Source of the DNA: Minisyncoccota bacterium
GTDB taxonomy: Bacteria; Patescibacteriota; Minisyncoccia; Phycocordibacterales; WO2-35-19
Reading direction: 5' to 3'
Assembly: GCA_036517255.1 (NCBI GenBank)
Contig: DATDXE010000006.1
Span: 8,023-72,022 of the forward strand
Length of the DNA: 64,000 nucleotides
The first letter of the stretch is position 1. Each line of letters starts with the position of its first letter. Shown here piece by piece: positions 19,536-28,364 of the stretch. Below the pieces are notes generated by a model. It was not told the DNA's origin and ran no database searches. It saw only the letters and a list, made by a program, of their open reading frames with translations. A program made the position numbers and the translations under genes.

Positions 19536-19943
19536 ATGGTGATCGCGAAAACTACAGATAAATATGTCGAGGGTATAGGTAGGCGCAAGACTTCCGTTGC
19601 TCGTGTGCGTATCACTCCAGCTTCCAAAACAGTTTTTGAAATCAATGAGCGCGATCTTGACAACTATTTTCCTACTGTTGAATTGCGTCATGTCGTCCAC
19701 GATTCTATTACTGCGGCGAAAGCAGGTAATTTTAAAGTGGTAGTTCATATAAAAAGTGGTGGTATTCATTCTCAGGCTGAAGCTCTAAGACAGGGATTGG
19801 CCAAAGCTCTGACTTTGTATGATGAAAATTTACGTAAAAATCTAAAGTCAGTCGGTTTTCTAAAGCGTGATCCTCGTGCCAAAGAGCGACGCAAATTTGG
19901 TTTAAAGAAAGCCCGCAAAGCTCCGCAGTGGAGTAAGAGATAA
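19536..19943 (+). CDS. rpsI: 30S ribosomal protein S9
   Basis: GRRKTSVARV, ERRKFGLKKARKAPQWSKR; ATG 19536 chosen. Confidence 0.97.
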   Translation: MVIAKTTDKYVEGIGRRKTSVARVRITPASKTVFEINERDLDNYFPTVELRHVVHDSITAAKAGNFKVVVHIKSGGIHSQAEALRQGLAKALTLYDENLRKNLKSVGFLKRDPRAKERRKFGLKKARKAPQWSKR

Positions 19944-19957
19944 TCCCTTCTATATTT

Positions 19958-20497
19958 ATGGATGAGGAAATAATAGAAACAACTGAAGACGGAGAAGCCG
20001 AAGGCCCTACTGATTTAGTAAAAAAACTTCGAGCTAAATTGAAAGAAAGCGAAGAAAAAGCTCAGGAATATTTGACTGGCTGGCAGAAAGAACGAGCTGA
20101 TAGCGTAAATGCAAGGAAACGCTTGGAAGAAGAGAAAAAGGAATTTGCTAAGTTTGCCAATGAAAATTTAATTATGGAGATTCTACCGTCTCTCGATAGT
20201 TTCGATATGGCGATGGCTAATAAGGAAGTATGGGGTAGCTTGCCAAAAGAGTGGACCAAAGGCATCGAGTATATTTATACTCAACTTCTTTCGGCGCTTG
20301 AAGCCCAAGGAATAAAAAGAATTTATCCTCTAGGCGAAAAATTCGATCCTTCTCGTGACGAAGCTATCGTCATGCTTCCTGTTGAAAAAGAAGAAGATGA
20401 TCATAAAATTCTCGAGGTGACTCAACCTGGCTACCTATTCAATAGTCGTATCGTCCGCACTGCTAAAGTGAAAGTAGGGGAATATAAAAGTAACTAA
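19958..20497 (+). CDS. grpE: Nucleotide exchange factor GrpE
   Basis: RAD..N.RKR, FDP, QPGY..R.AKV. Confidence 0.95.
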   Translation: MDEEIIETTEDGEAEGPTDLVKKLRAKLKESEEKAQEYLTGWQKERADSVNARKRLEEEKKEFAKFANENLIMEILPSLDSFDMAMANKEVWGSLPKEWTKGIEYIYTQLLSALEAQGIKRIYPLGEKFDPSRDEAIVMLPVEKEEDDHKILEVTQPGYLFNSRIVRTAKVKVGEYKSN

Positions 20498-20514
20498 AAC
20501 ATATAAACGAGAAA

Positions 20515-20542
20515 CGCCGAGAACGACATGGCGTCCTCGGCG
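20515..20542 (-). terminator. Hairpin terminator of the antisense micro-gene (possibly bidirectional)
   Basis: Minus strand CGCCGAGGACG/CGTTCTCGGCG with a G-U pair, followed by TTTCTCGTTT. Confidence 0.65.
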
Positions 20543-20565
20543 GTGTTGGAGAGTTTTGGCCTAGC

Positions 20566-20676
20566 CTAGTCGTGGGTTTCGTCCAAGTCCTTGGCCATTT
20601 GGTCGCTGGTTTGAGACCACCAGCGAATGAACAAAATCAGCACTAGTAAAACAGGTAATACCAGAATCCAAAACAT
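20566..20676 (-). CDS. 36-aa single-TM micro-protein (absent from ORF track)
   Basis: MFWILVLPVLLVLILFIRWWSQTSDQMAKDLDETHD; GGAGG 7 nt before ATG; TTGACA-17-TATTTT upstream; terminator downstream. Confidence 0.7.
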   Translation of the reverse strand: MFWILVLPVLLVLILFIRWWSQTSDQMAKDLDETHD

Positions 20677-20816
20677 GATGGGGCCTCCAAATTTAAAATA
20701 ACACCCTACTTCTAATATGTCAACTACTCATAAATCAGTGAAAGCTTTATAATTCTAATCGAATTGATTATCAATTTTTCCATTATTACTTCTTTTAATC
20801 TTTTAATTCAAATACT

Positions 20817-22688
20817 ATGTCAAAAATAATTGGAATTGATTTAGGTACTACAAATAGCGCCGTGGCGGTGATGGAAGCTGGAGTACCTAAAATAATTGAA
20901 AACTCTGAAGGAGCTCGCACGACTCCTTCTATTGTCGCTGTTTCCAAAACAGGCGAACGATTGGTCGGCCTTTTAGCTAAAAGGCAGGCAGTAACCAATC
21001 CAAGAAATACTGTCTTTGGCATCAAACGATTCATTGGTCACAATTTTGACGAGCCGGCAGTGCAAAAAGATAAAGGTTCGGTACCATTCGAAGTTTCCAA
21101 ATCAGATTCTGGTGGAGTACTAGTAAAAATGAACGAACAAAATCTTCGTCCGGAAGAAATTTCAGCTATGATCCTTTCTAAAATAAAAGCCGATGTGGAG
21201 GCGAAATTGGGAGAGAAAATAACTGAAGCTATCATCACTGTGCCTGCATATTTCAATGACGCACAGCGTAAGGCTACCAAAGATGCGGGACAGATAGCAG
21301 GCCTCGATGTCAAAAGAATTATCAACGAGCCGACTGCTGCCGCTCTTGCGTATGGATTTAATAAAAAGAAAGATGAAAAAATAGCTGTGTTTGATTTTGG
21401 AGGTGGTACTTTTGACATTTCTATCTTGGAAGTAGGTGACGATGTGGTGGAAGTAAAAGCGACTGATGGCGATTCACACTTAGGAGGTAAAGATATCGAC
21501 CAAAAGATACTAAATTGGATTGCCGATGAGTTTAAAAAGGAGAGCGGTATCGATGTGCGTGGCGATGCTCTGGCTCTTCAGCGCTTGGATGAATCGGCTG
21601 AAAAAGCCAAAATTGAACTTTCTACAGCTACAGATACTGAAATAAATATTCCCTTTATCACTTCCGATTCTTCTGGTCCTCGTCACCTACTTATCAAAAT
21701 GAATCGAGCTAAACTCGAGGAACTTGCCGATGAATTTATACAGAGGGCGATGGAAATTACCAAGCGTGCTTTAGAATCCTCACCTTTCAAAGTGGGGGAA
21801 ATAGATGAGGTGGTGCTCGTCGGTGGACAGACGAGAATGCCTAAACTTACAGAGGAGGTAAAAAAGTTTTTTGGCAAGGATCCTAATAAGACTATTAATC
21901 CTGATGAAGTTGTGGCTCTTGGCGCTGCTATCCAAGGAGGTATTATCGGTGGTGATGTGAAAGACATTCTTCTTCTTGATGTTATTCCTCTTTCTCTTGG
22001 CATAGAAACCATGGGAGGAGTAGCTACTAAACTAATCGAACGCAATACTACTATTCCAGCTTCACGTTCCCAAGTATTTTCCACTGCGGCTGATAATCAA
22101 ACCAGTGTCGAGATACATGTGGTGCAAGGTGAAAGACCTCTCTCTGCTGACAACAGGACTTTAGGTAGGTTTATTCTTGATGGTATTCCTCCTTCACCGC
22201 GCGGTGTTCCTCAGGTGGAAGTCACATTTGACATCGACGCCAACGGTATTTTGGATGTGAAAGCTAAAGACAAAACCTCAGGTAAAGAGCAATCAATCAA
22301 GATTGAAGGTAGCTCTGGCCTTTCCCAAGATGAAATAGAAAAAATGAAAAAAGATGCTGAGGCTCATGCTTCCGATGACGCAAAGAAAAAGGAAGTTGCT
22401 GAAGCTCGTAATTTGGCTGAGCAACTCATATATACTGCCGAAAAAGCTCTAAAAGACTCAGAAGGAAAAATAAGCGATGAAATAAAAACAGGTATAAATG
22501 GAAATATAGAAAAATTGAAGGAAGCAAAGAATAGGGAAAGTGTAGAAGATATAAAGAAAGCTACGGAAGAACTTTCGTCTGAGATGCAGAAAATAGGTGA
22601 ACATCTTTCCAAAAATCCTCCTCCATCAGAGACTTCTTCAGGACAAGCTGGCGACCCGAAGGAAAATCCGGGTGAGACAAAATCATAA
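20817..22688 (+). CDS. dnaK: Chaperone DnaK
   Basis: [36 protein letters not shown]. Confidence 0.98.
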   Translation: MSKIIGIDLGTTNSAVAVMEAGVPKIIENSEGARTTPSIVAVSKTGERLVGLLAKRQAVTNPRNTVFGIKRFIGHNFDEPAVQKDKGSVPFEVSKSDSGGVLVKMNEQNLRPEEISAMILSKIKADVEAKLGEKITEAIITVPAYFNDAQRKATKDAGQIAGLDVKRIINEPTAAALAYGFNKKKDEKIAVFDFGGGTFDISILEVGDDVVEVKATDGDSHLGGKDIDQKILNWIADEFKKESGIDVRGDALALQRLDESAEKAKIELSTATDTEINIPFITSDSSGPRHLLIKMNRAKLEELADEFIQRAMEITKRALESSPFKVGEIDEVVLVGGQTRMPKLTEEVKKFFGKDPNKTINPDEVVALGAAIQGGIIGGDVKDILLLDVIPLSLGIETMGGVATKLIERNTTIPASRSQVFSTAADNQTSVEIHVVQGERPLSADNRTLGRFILDGIPPSPRGVPQVEVTFDIDANGILDVKAKDKTSGKEQSIKIEGSSGLSQDEIEKMKKDAEAHASDDAKKKEVAEARNLAEQLIYTAEKALKDSEGKISDEIKTGINGNIEKLKEAKNRESVEDIKKATEELSSEMQKIGEHLSKNPPPSETSSGQAGDPKENPGETKS

Positions 22689-22711
22689 TTTTCTGATATA
22701 ATGAAGAGTGT

Positions 22712-23815
22712 ATGGCTAAGAACTACTACGACATCTTAGGTGTCCAAAAGAAAGCCTCCAAAGATGAAATAAAAAAGGCTTTTAGGAAGCTAGCTCATCA
22801 ATACCATCCTGATAAAAGTGGTGGTAGTGCCGATAAATTTAAGGAGGTAAACGAAGCCTATTCGGTGCTTTCCGACGATAAAAAAAGGTCACAATATGAT
22901 ACTTATGGTGATGCTTTTGCGCAGGCTGGAGGAGGTAATACTGGAGGCTTCAGTGGCAATTGGGAGGATTTTGTGCGTCAGACAGGATTTGACCCAAGTA
23001 ATGGTGGCGGCTTTAGTTTTTCTGGTGAAGGATTTGACTTGGGTGATATATTTGGAGAATTTTTTGGTGGTGGAGGCCGTAGGTCCCGAGCGCAGCGAGG
23101 GAGAGACATTTCTATCGACATTGAACTTTCGTTTGAAGAATCTATTTTTGGTGGTGAACGCACTGTCGTGTTAAGTAAAGTTTCGGAGTGCACCACTTGT
23201 AAAGGAAGTGGTTCTAAACCTGGCTCGTCTGAAAAAATCGACTGCAAAACTTGCAACGGCAAAGGCAAAATTCACGAAGTGAAGCGCTCTATCTTTGGTT
23301 CCTTTGAGATGAACCGTGTATGCGATGAATGCGGTGGTACTGGCAAAGTTCCAAAAGAAAAATGTTTTGTTTGTAATGGGGTTGGGGTTTTGAAAAAAGA
23401 AGAGGACATTAAAATAAAAATTCCGCAGGGCATCGACAATGGTGAAATGATTCGTCTTGCTGGTATGGGTGAGGCTTTGCCACACGGTACTGCTGGCGAT
23501 TTGTATGTGAAGATTCATGTGCGTAAGCATAAAACATTTATAAAACAGGGTGCTGATTTAGTGATGAATTTTGATATCAAACTTTCTGACGCTCTTTTGG
23601 GGGGTACGTATAATGTAGAAACTTTGGACGGTATTTCACAGCTTGAAATCCCTCAAGGCGCCTCGACTGGGGATATTTTGCGCATAAAAGGTAAGGGTGT
23701 GCCTTACAACAAATCTCGTGGTGATATCCTTGCACATCTTACAATCAAAATTCCTAAAAAACTCTCTAAATCCGCCCACGCCGCCGCCCTCAAATTAAAA
23801 GAAGAAGGGGTATAA
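22712..23815 (+). CDS. dnaJ: Chaperone DnaJ
   Basis: HPD J-domain, G/F region, four CxxCxGxG repeats. Confidence 0.98.
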   Translation: MAKNYYDILGVQKKASKDEIKKAFRKLAHQYHPDKSGGSADKFKEVNEAYSVLSDDKKRSQYDTYGDAFAQAGGGNTGGFSGNWEDFVRQTGFDPSNGGGFSFSGEGFDLGDIFGEFFGGGGRRSRAQRGRDISIDIELSFEESIFGGERTVVLSKVSECTTCKGSGSKPGSSEKIDCKTCNGKGKIHEVKRSIFGSFEMNRVCDECGGTGKVPKEKCFVCNGVGVLKKEEDIKIKIPQGIDNGEMIRLAGMGEALPHGTAGDLYVKIHVRKHKTFIKQGADLVMNFDIKLSDALLGGTYNVETLDGISQLEIPQGASTGDILRIKGKGVPYNKSRGDILAHLTIKIPKKLSKSAHAAALKLKEEGV

Positions 23816-23816
23816 A

Positions 23817-25607
23817 ATGGCATTTACAGCTAAATTTGATATCTTAAATAAAAAAGATACCGACATAGCGGGCGGTAAGGGGGCATCTTTAGGAGAAATG
23901 ATTCAAGCAGGTATTCCCATTCCAGATGGGTTTGTTCTTCTGTCGAGTGCTTTTGACTATTTTCTTCAAGAAACAGATTTGGTTCAAGAAATCGAAGCTA
24001 TTCTGGCTACGGTTGATCATGAAGTCATCCATACTGTAGAATTTGCTTCTGAAAAAATAAGAGATCTGATTGAAAATACAGAAATACCAGAAGAAATATC
24101 AAAAGAAGTTATTACAGGATTTAATATTTTAGGCTCAAAATTTTTAGCTGTTCGATCGTCTGCTACAGCAGAAGATGGTTCCGAAAATGCTTGGGCCGGG
24201 CAATTAGAAAGTTTTCTCAATACTGATAAAGAGAATTTACTTAATAATGTAAGAAAATGTTGGGCCTCACTTTTTACACCGAGAGCTATTTTCTATCGAT
24301 TTGAAAAGGGTATGCGTGGTAGCAAAATCTCTGTTGCGGTCATTATCCAAAAAATGGTCCAATCTGAAGTTTCTGGCGTAGCCTTCTCTGTACATCCTGT
24401 TACTGAAGATCGCAACCAGCTTATTATCGAAGCAGGTTTAGGCCTCGGTGAAGTCGTGGTTTCGGGCTCTATTACGCCTGATAGTTATGTTGTAGAAAAA
24501 GAACCTCGAAAAATAATTAATAAAAATATTCAAGAAAACAAACAGTGTTTGACTGACGATCGTATACTTGAGCTTTCAGAACTTGTTTTAAAAATTGAAA
24601 AGCACTTTGGTTTTCCGTGTGACATAGAATGGGCTTATGAAAATGGAAAATTCAGTATATTACAGAGTCGCCCGATCACCACTCTTAAAAAAGATCTATT
24701 TAATGGCGTAGAAATGGTTTCAAGGTGGAGTAGGCTTGCTAGTAGGCATGAGGCCCAGTTAAAAATTTTAGGTAGAACTAAAATTTGGGAAAAAGAATTG
24801 GGTATAGGATACAAAACTGTGGTCCAGAATTCTTTAGGAGAATCTTATGTAGATAAAAAAAGTCATATTAAAATAGTTGAGATTTTAGAAAACAAAAGCA
24901 TAAAAGACGCTGAGGTGTACATTAAGAAGATGAATGATCTGGGAGATAAACTAACAAAAGAAATAAGAAGTGATTCGTTTAAAGATTTTACAGAAGAATT
25001 CTCAGCCATGATGGCTTACTTCTTTATCATCAAAGTAATCTTTGAAACACGATACGCAGAATCTTCTCTAGAAGAACAGAAAATCATTGAGAAATGGAGA
25101 AATAACAGCAAACTTTTTAATGCATTGGACTTGTATTATCAGATTTATCCTGAAAAAGATGTGGTAATTCAAAAAGGGTGGAGTTGGGTGTATGAGGATG
25201 GATTTTTGAACTTAAAAAATAAGATCATATCTTTTTCAAAAAAGAATAAGAGGAAAGTTGAATTTGAAGAAGGCCGCTCAAAAACTATGCGAATCATTAA
25301 AGGAAATTCGGCCTATAAAGGTATTGTAAGAGGAAAGGTTAGGTTGATTTTATTAGAGAAAGACAAAGCTTTAATGCAAGAGGGTGAAATTATAGTGGCC
25401 CCAATGACGACAGTAGATTTCTTTCCAATAATGAAGAAAGCGATTGCTTTTGTGACTAACGAAGGAGGAATTACTTCTCATGCTGCGATTGTCGCCAGAG
25501 AACTAAAAAAGCCATGTATAATTGGTACAAAAATTGCTACAGAAGTTCTTAAGACTGGCATGTTTATTGAGGTCGATGCAGATAATGGCGTAGTTAGAAT
25601 TCTATAA
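23817..25607 (+). CDS. PEP-synthase/PPDK N-terminal ATP-grasp domain fused to C-terminal phospho-His swivel domain
   Basis: GGKGASLGE, AVRSSA..ED, DIEW..LQSRPIT, GGITSHAAIVARE; no pyruvate-binding barrel. Confidence 0.85.
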   Translation: MAFTAKFDILNKKDTDIAGGKGASLGEMIQAGIPIPDGFVLLSSAFDYFLQETDLVQEIEAILATVDHEVIHTVEFASEKIRDLIENTEIPEEISKEVITGFNILGSKFLAVRSSATAEDGSENAWAGQLESFLNTDKENLLNNVRKCWASLFTPRAIFYRFEKGMRGSKISVAVIIQKMVQSEVSGVAFSVHPVTEDRNQLIIEAGLGLGEVVVSGSITPDSYVVEKEPRKIINKNIQENKQCLTDDRILELSELVLKIEKHFGFPCDIEWAYENGKFSILQSRPITTLKKDLFNGVEMVSRWSRLASRHEAQLKILGRTKIWEKELGIGYKTVVQNSLGESYVDKKSHIKIVEILENKSIKDAEVYIKKMNDLGDKLTKEIRSDSFKDFTEEFSAMMAYFFIIKVIFETRYAESSLEEQKIIEKWRNNSKLFNALDLYYQIYPEKDVVIQKGWSWVYEDGFLNLKNKIISFSKKNKRKVEFEEGRSKTMRIIKGNSAYKGIVRGKVRLILLEKDKALMQEGEIIVAPMTTVDFFPIMKKAIAFVTNEGGITSHAAIVARELKKPCIIGTKIATEVLKTGMFIEVDADNGVVRIL

Positions 25608-25608
25608 A

Positions 25609-25632
25609 GTGTAGATGGTCATCTTCTACGCA
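25609..25632. repeat. 24-bp dyad site, copy 1
   Basis: GTGTAGATGGTCATCTTCTACGCA; its reverse complement matches 35602-35625 at 23/24. Confidence 0.8.
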
Positions 25633-25661
25633 TTTACATATTTATTATAATGTGGTAGACT
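25633..25661 (+). promoter_or_regulatory. sigma70-type promoter of the LuxR-family gene
   Basis: TTTACA-17 nt-TAGACT; AAGGAG SD before ATG 25723. Confidence 0.55.
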
Positions 25662-25722
25662 GTATTCGGGTCGTTCTTTCACTACATCAGGATGACCACA
25701 CTTTCTATACAAGGAGACAAGT

Positions 25723-26403
25723 ATGATCAAGGTAGCTTTGGCTGATGATCAGCCTATCTTTCGTTTGGCGATGAGGGAGATTCTCGCTTCAGCAGAATTT
25801 GAGGTTGTCGCAGAATTTTCCGACGGCCAAGATCTTCTCGGGCGTCTAGGAGAGTTTGACCTCGATGTCCTGTTACTCGAGCCTCTGATGGCCAACCTTG
25901 AGTTTATTGATCTGCAAACTCTTTTGCGGGACAACCCAAGGATCAAGGTGGTCCTTCTTACCGTTTGTGAAGATCAGCATATTTTTGCCGAGGCACTTAA
26001 GTTCGGCTGTTTCGGCATAGTCATGAAGCAGATCGATCCGAATGAGATCCGGAATCTTCTTCGGAAAGTTTGTTCGGGAAATATTTGGCTTGATCCGATG
26101 GCCACTTCTAAGATCGTTTCTGCTTTCCTCAAACCTCCGAGTGATTCTGGCGGCCGTGTGCCGCTTTCAGCTCGTGAGCGTCAAGTAGTGGGGCTGATAG
26201 CCCAAGGTCTGAAGAACAAAGAGATAATGGGGCTGTTGTTTATCTCTGAACAAACGGTCAAGAACCACATCCACTCTATTTTTGGAAAGCTCGGATTCTC
26301 GAGCCGGACAGAAGTAGCGATCTACGGGGTCAATAGAGGTATGCACTTACCAGTACCTGTTTCTCGAGGTATTTCTCTCGCTGATGATGCGGTCGTCCAC
26401 TAG
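25723..26403 (+). CDS. NarL/LuxR-family response regulator with Glu at the phosphoacceptor position
   Basis: ADDQ acidic pocket, DVLLLEP, LSARERQV..GLKNKEI..ISEQTVKNH HTH. Confidence 0.9.
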   Translation: MIKVALADDQPIFRLAMREILASAEFEVVAEFSDGQDLLGRLGEFDLDVLLLEPLMANLEFIDLQTLLRDNPRIKVVLLTVCEDQHIFAEALKFGCFGIVMKQIDPNEIRNLLRKVCSGNIWLDPMATSKIVSAFLKPPSDSGGRVPLSARERQVVGLIAQGLKNKEIMGLLFISEQTVKNHIHSIFGKLGFSSRTEVAIYGVNRGMHLPVPVSRGISLADDAVVH

Positions 26404-26429
26404 GGCGACGCTTACACAAAACTCCTAAC

Positions 26430-26468
26430 ACGACTCGTGGGCCGCAAACTCACGAGTCGTAACTTTTT
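26430..26468 (+). terminator. Intrinsic terminator
   Basis: ACGACTCGTG/CACGAGTCGT stem, then AACTTTTT. Confidence 0.7.
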
Positions 26469-26526
26469 ATATCTTACAAAAATCTCAGATTACTTTTTTA
26501 AATAAAATTCTGAAGCTTTCTAAAGT

Positions 26527-26568
26527 AAAAAAATGATCCGCGCTAGCCGGTGAGGGCAGGCGCGGATC
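26527..26568 (-). terminator. Intrinsic terminator of the 429-aa gene
   Basis: GATCCGCGC/GCGCGGATC stem, T7 on the minus strand. Confidence 0.7.
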
Positions 26569-26601
26569 TAAGGTGCGGGGGTAACCATTATTGCGAGTCG
26601 G

Positions 26602-27891
26602 CTACCTTTTGCGGCGGTCCAGATGGACCGATTTTTGATCGTCGGAGTCTATTCTAATCACCATCCCAGCTGGTGGCGGAGGTGGTGGGGGAGGCATGGG
26701 AGGCTCATACGCCGGTATTTGAGCCTTCCAAATCGTTCCGTCTCCGTAACGAAAAACAAAGGTTTCGGTACCGGCGATATTTACAGTGTACCTGTTGGCC
26801 AACTCACTGATGTTGGCCGTCACTCCGTCCGGGTACTTACCCCCGGGGAGCAAAGTGTACACTTTCTCATTCTCGCAAATGAGAAAAAGTGGAGCAGGGA
26901 TACTATTTCCCCCTGTCGCTTCCCTGACGCTAGTCGGGAAGCAGGGTTCGCCGTACCTTGTCGGCCCGACGATCTTGCCGTTCGTCATGTTTGACGGAAC
27001 GGGATCGAAGCAACTCGACACCGTACAATACATGGTGCGAACCTGGTTGCTGATTGTGTGGAAAATATCCACACCTCCCAACATGTTCGACTTTATCCAG
27101 ATGGGATTGTTGAAATTCCCACTGGGCAAAGTTCGACTTAGGATGACCGTTCTCTCTATCCCCTTGATTCTTACTACGATCCTCTCGCTCGCTGGATTTA
27201 CAGCGACAATGAGGGTGTTGCCGTCGGTCCACGACCCGATGCCAGCTGAAATCTCAGTCAAGTTCTCTGCTGAGAGATCGTACACCTGGATCCACCGAGG
27301 ACTTGCCGTCCCGGTTTGCCGGTGGAACAAGCCTTGGGCAACTGGTTCGCCGTTGCGACTCAGTGCCATCACTGCGTATACCTCCGTCGAGCTTGATTTC
27401 TGATTTGAAACCGAAATAGGTGCGTAAAGGAGAGTCGGGATGGCCGACATCTCGCTACCGTTAATGAGCCGGATCGGAATGTTTGAGCCCTTGCTCACCA
27501 ACATCTCGATCTTGCCATCCCAGCCGCATTTCCATGCGGAGGTGGGGTTCGCCGACCCCTCGGTTGATGAGAGGAAGTAAAACCCGTCGTCGTACATTTG
27601 CGGTTCTCGGAGGAAGTCACTCCGCGGCACTGGTGAATCCAGTGCCCTGAAATCGCAGATGGTTTTTACGCCCACGATCTCATCGAAGATTGCCACCTTC
27701 GAGTAAAGGGTCTCTCCCTCGTTAATCGTGAACACGATTCCCTCAGGAGTCGTGCCCAGCACAGTTACGAGGGAATCGAGAGGAAGCACTGTCCCCTGTA
27801 CCCTCTGGAGTTGAATTTCCGTCTGCGCGCTCACGTGAGTCGCACAGAAAAAAATGATCACGAAAACGAAAAGTGTCGCAGATTTGTACAT
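26602..27891 (-). CDS. Secreted hypothetical protein with poly-Pro C-terminal tail
   Basis: Signal peptide ending VSA, beta-rich body, PPMPPPPPPPP; visibly GC-richer than flanks; own terminator. Confidence 0.75.
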   Translation of the reverse strand: MYKSATLFVFVIIFFCATHVSAQTEIQLQRVQGTVLPLDSLVTVLGTTPEGIVFTINEGETLYSKVAIFDEIVGVKTICDFRALDSPVPRSDFLREPQMYDDGFYFLSSTEGSANPTSAWKCGWDGKIEMLVSKGSNIPIRLINGSEMSAIPTLLYAPISVSNQKSSSTEVYAVMALSRNGEPVAQGLFHRQTGTASPRWIQVYDLSAENLTEISAGIGSWTDGNTLIVAVNPASERIVVRIKGIERTVILSRTLPSGNFNNPIWIKSNMLGGVDIFHTISNQVRTMYCTVSSCFDPVPSNMTNGKIVGPTRYGEPCFPTSVREATGGNSIPAPLFLICENEKVYTLLPGGKYPDGVTANISELANRYTVNIAGTETFVFRYGDGTIWKAQIPAYEPPMPPPPPPPPAGMVIRIDSDDQKSVHLDRRKR

Positions 27892-28019
27892 AAAACCTCT
27901 ATGCCCACTATACCATAACTTTACGTATACTACAACCTGTGGATATAGTGTGGATACTAGAAATTAAGTTGGAAGAGAGGGGTGTATTATATTTGTTAAA
28001 GTAGTAAAATAATATTGCA

Positions 28020-28358
28020 ATGGATAAAGTAAACGTCTGGTTCTATATCTTAGGTTCTGTGCTTCTTGCTGTGTTGGCAAATTATCTAAGTACTGTTTGG
28101 GCCGCCAAAGATAATAAATTTTCTTTTTGGCTTCTTGCTGTTGTTGCGGTTTCGCCACTTGTATTCATTACCTTTGGGCTTGTCACCACAAAGTTTGGTC
28201 TAGCAATTACCTCAGGTACGATTGACTCTTTACTCACAATAATCACAGTGCTTGTGGGCCTATTTATTTTTCAGGAGTGGGGTCAAGTATCTTTATACCA
28301 GTATTTTGGTATGTCTTTCGCTATCCTAGGAATCATTTTGATGCAATTTCATAAATAA
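28020..28358 (+). CDS. SMR/DMT-superfamily small 4-TM transporter
   Basis: 112 aa, four hydrophobic helices, GLFIFQE..G...AILGI C-terminus. Confidence 0.7.
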   Translation: MDKVNVWFYILGSVLLAVLANYLSTVWAAKDNKFSFWLLAVVAVSPLVFITFGLVTTKFGLAITSGTIDSLLTIITVLVGLFIFQEWGQVSLYQYFGMSFAILGIILMQFHK

Positions 28359-28364
28359 TTTTAA

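Noticed and set aside
26623-27403. Overlapping + strand ORFs of 123 and 205 aa
   Set aside because: Shadows of the GC-rich minus-strand gene, which has a signal peptide, SD and terminator
27938-27958. Two DnaA-box-like TGTGGATA sequences (others near 11554, 51098, 63448) as oriC
   Set aside because: Too few and scattered, with no dnaA/dnaN nearby; at most promoter-associated boxes
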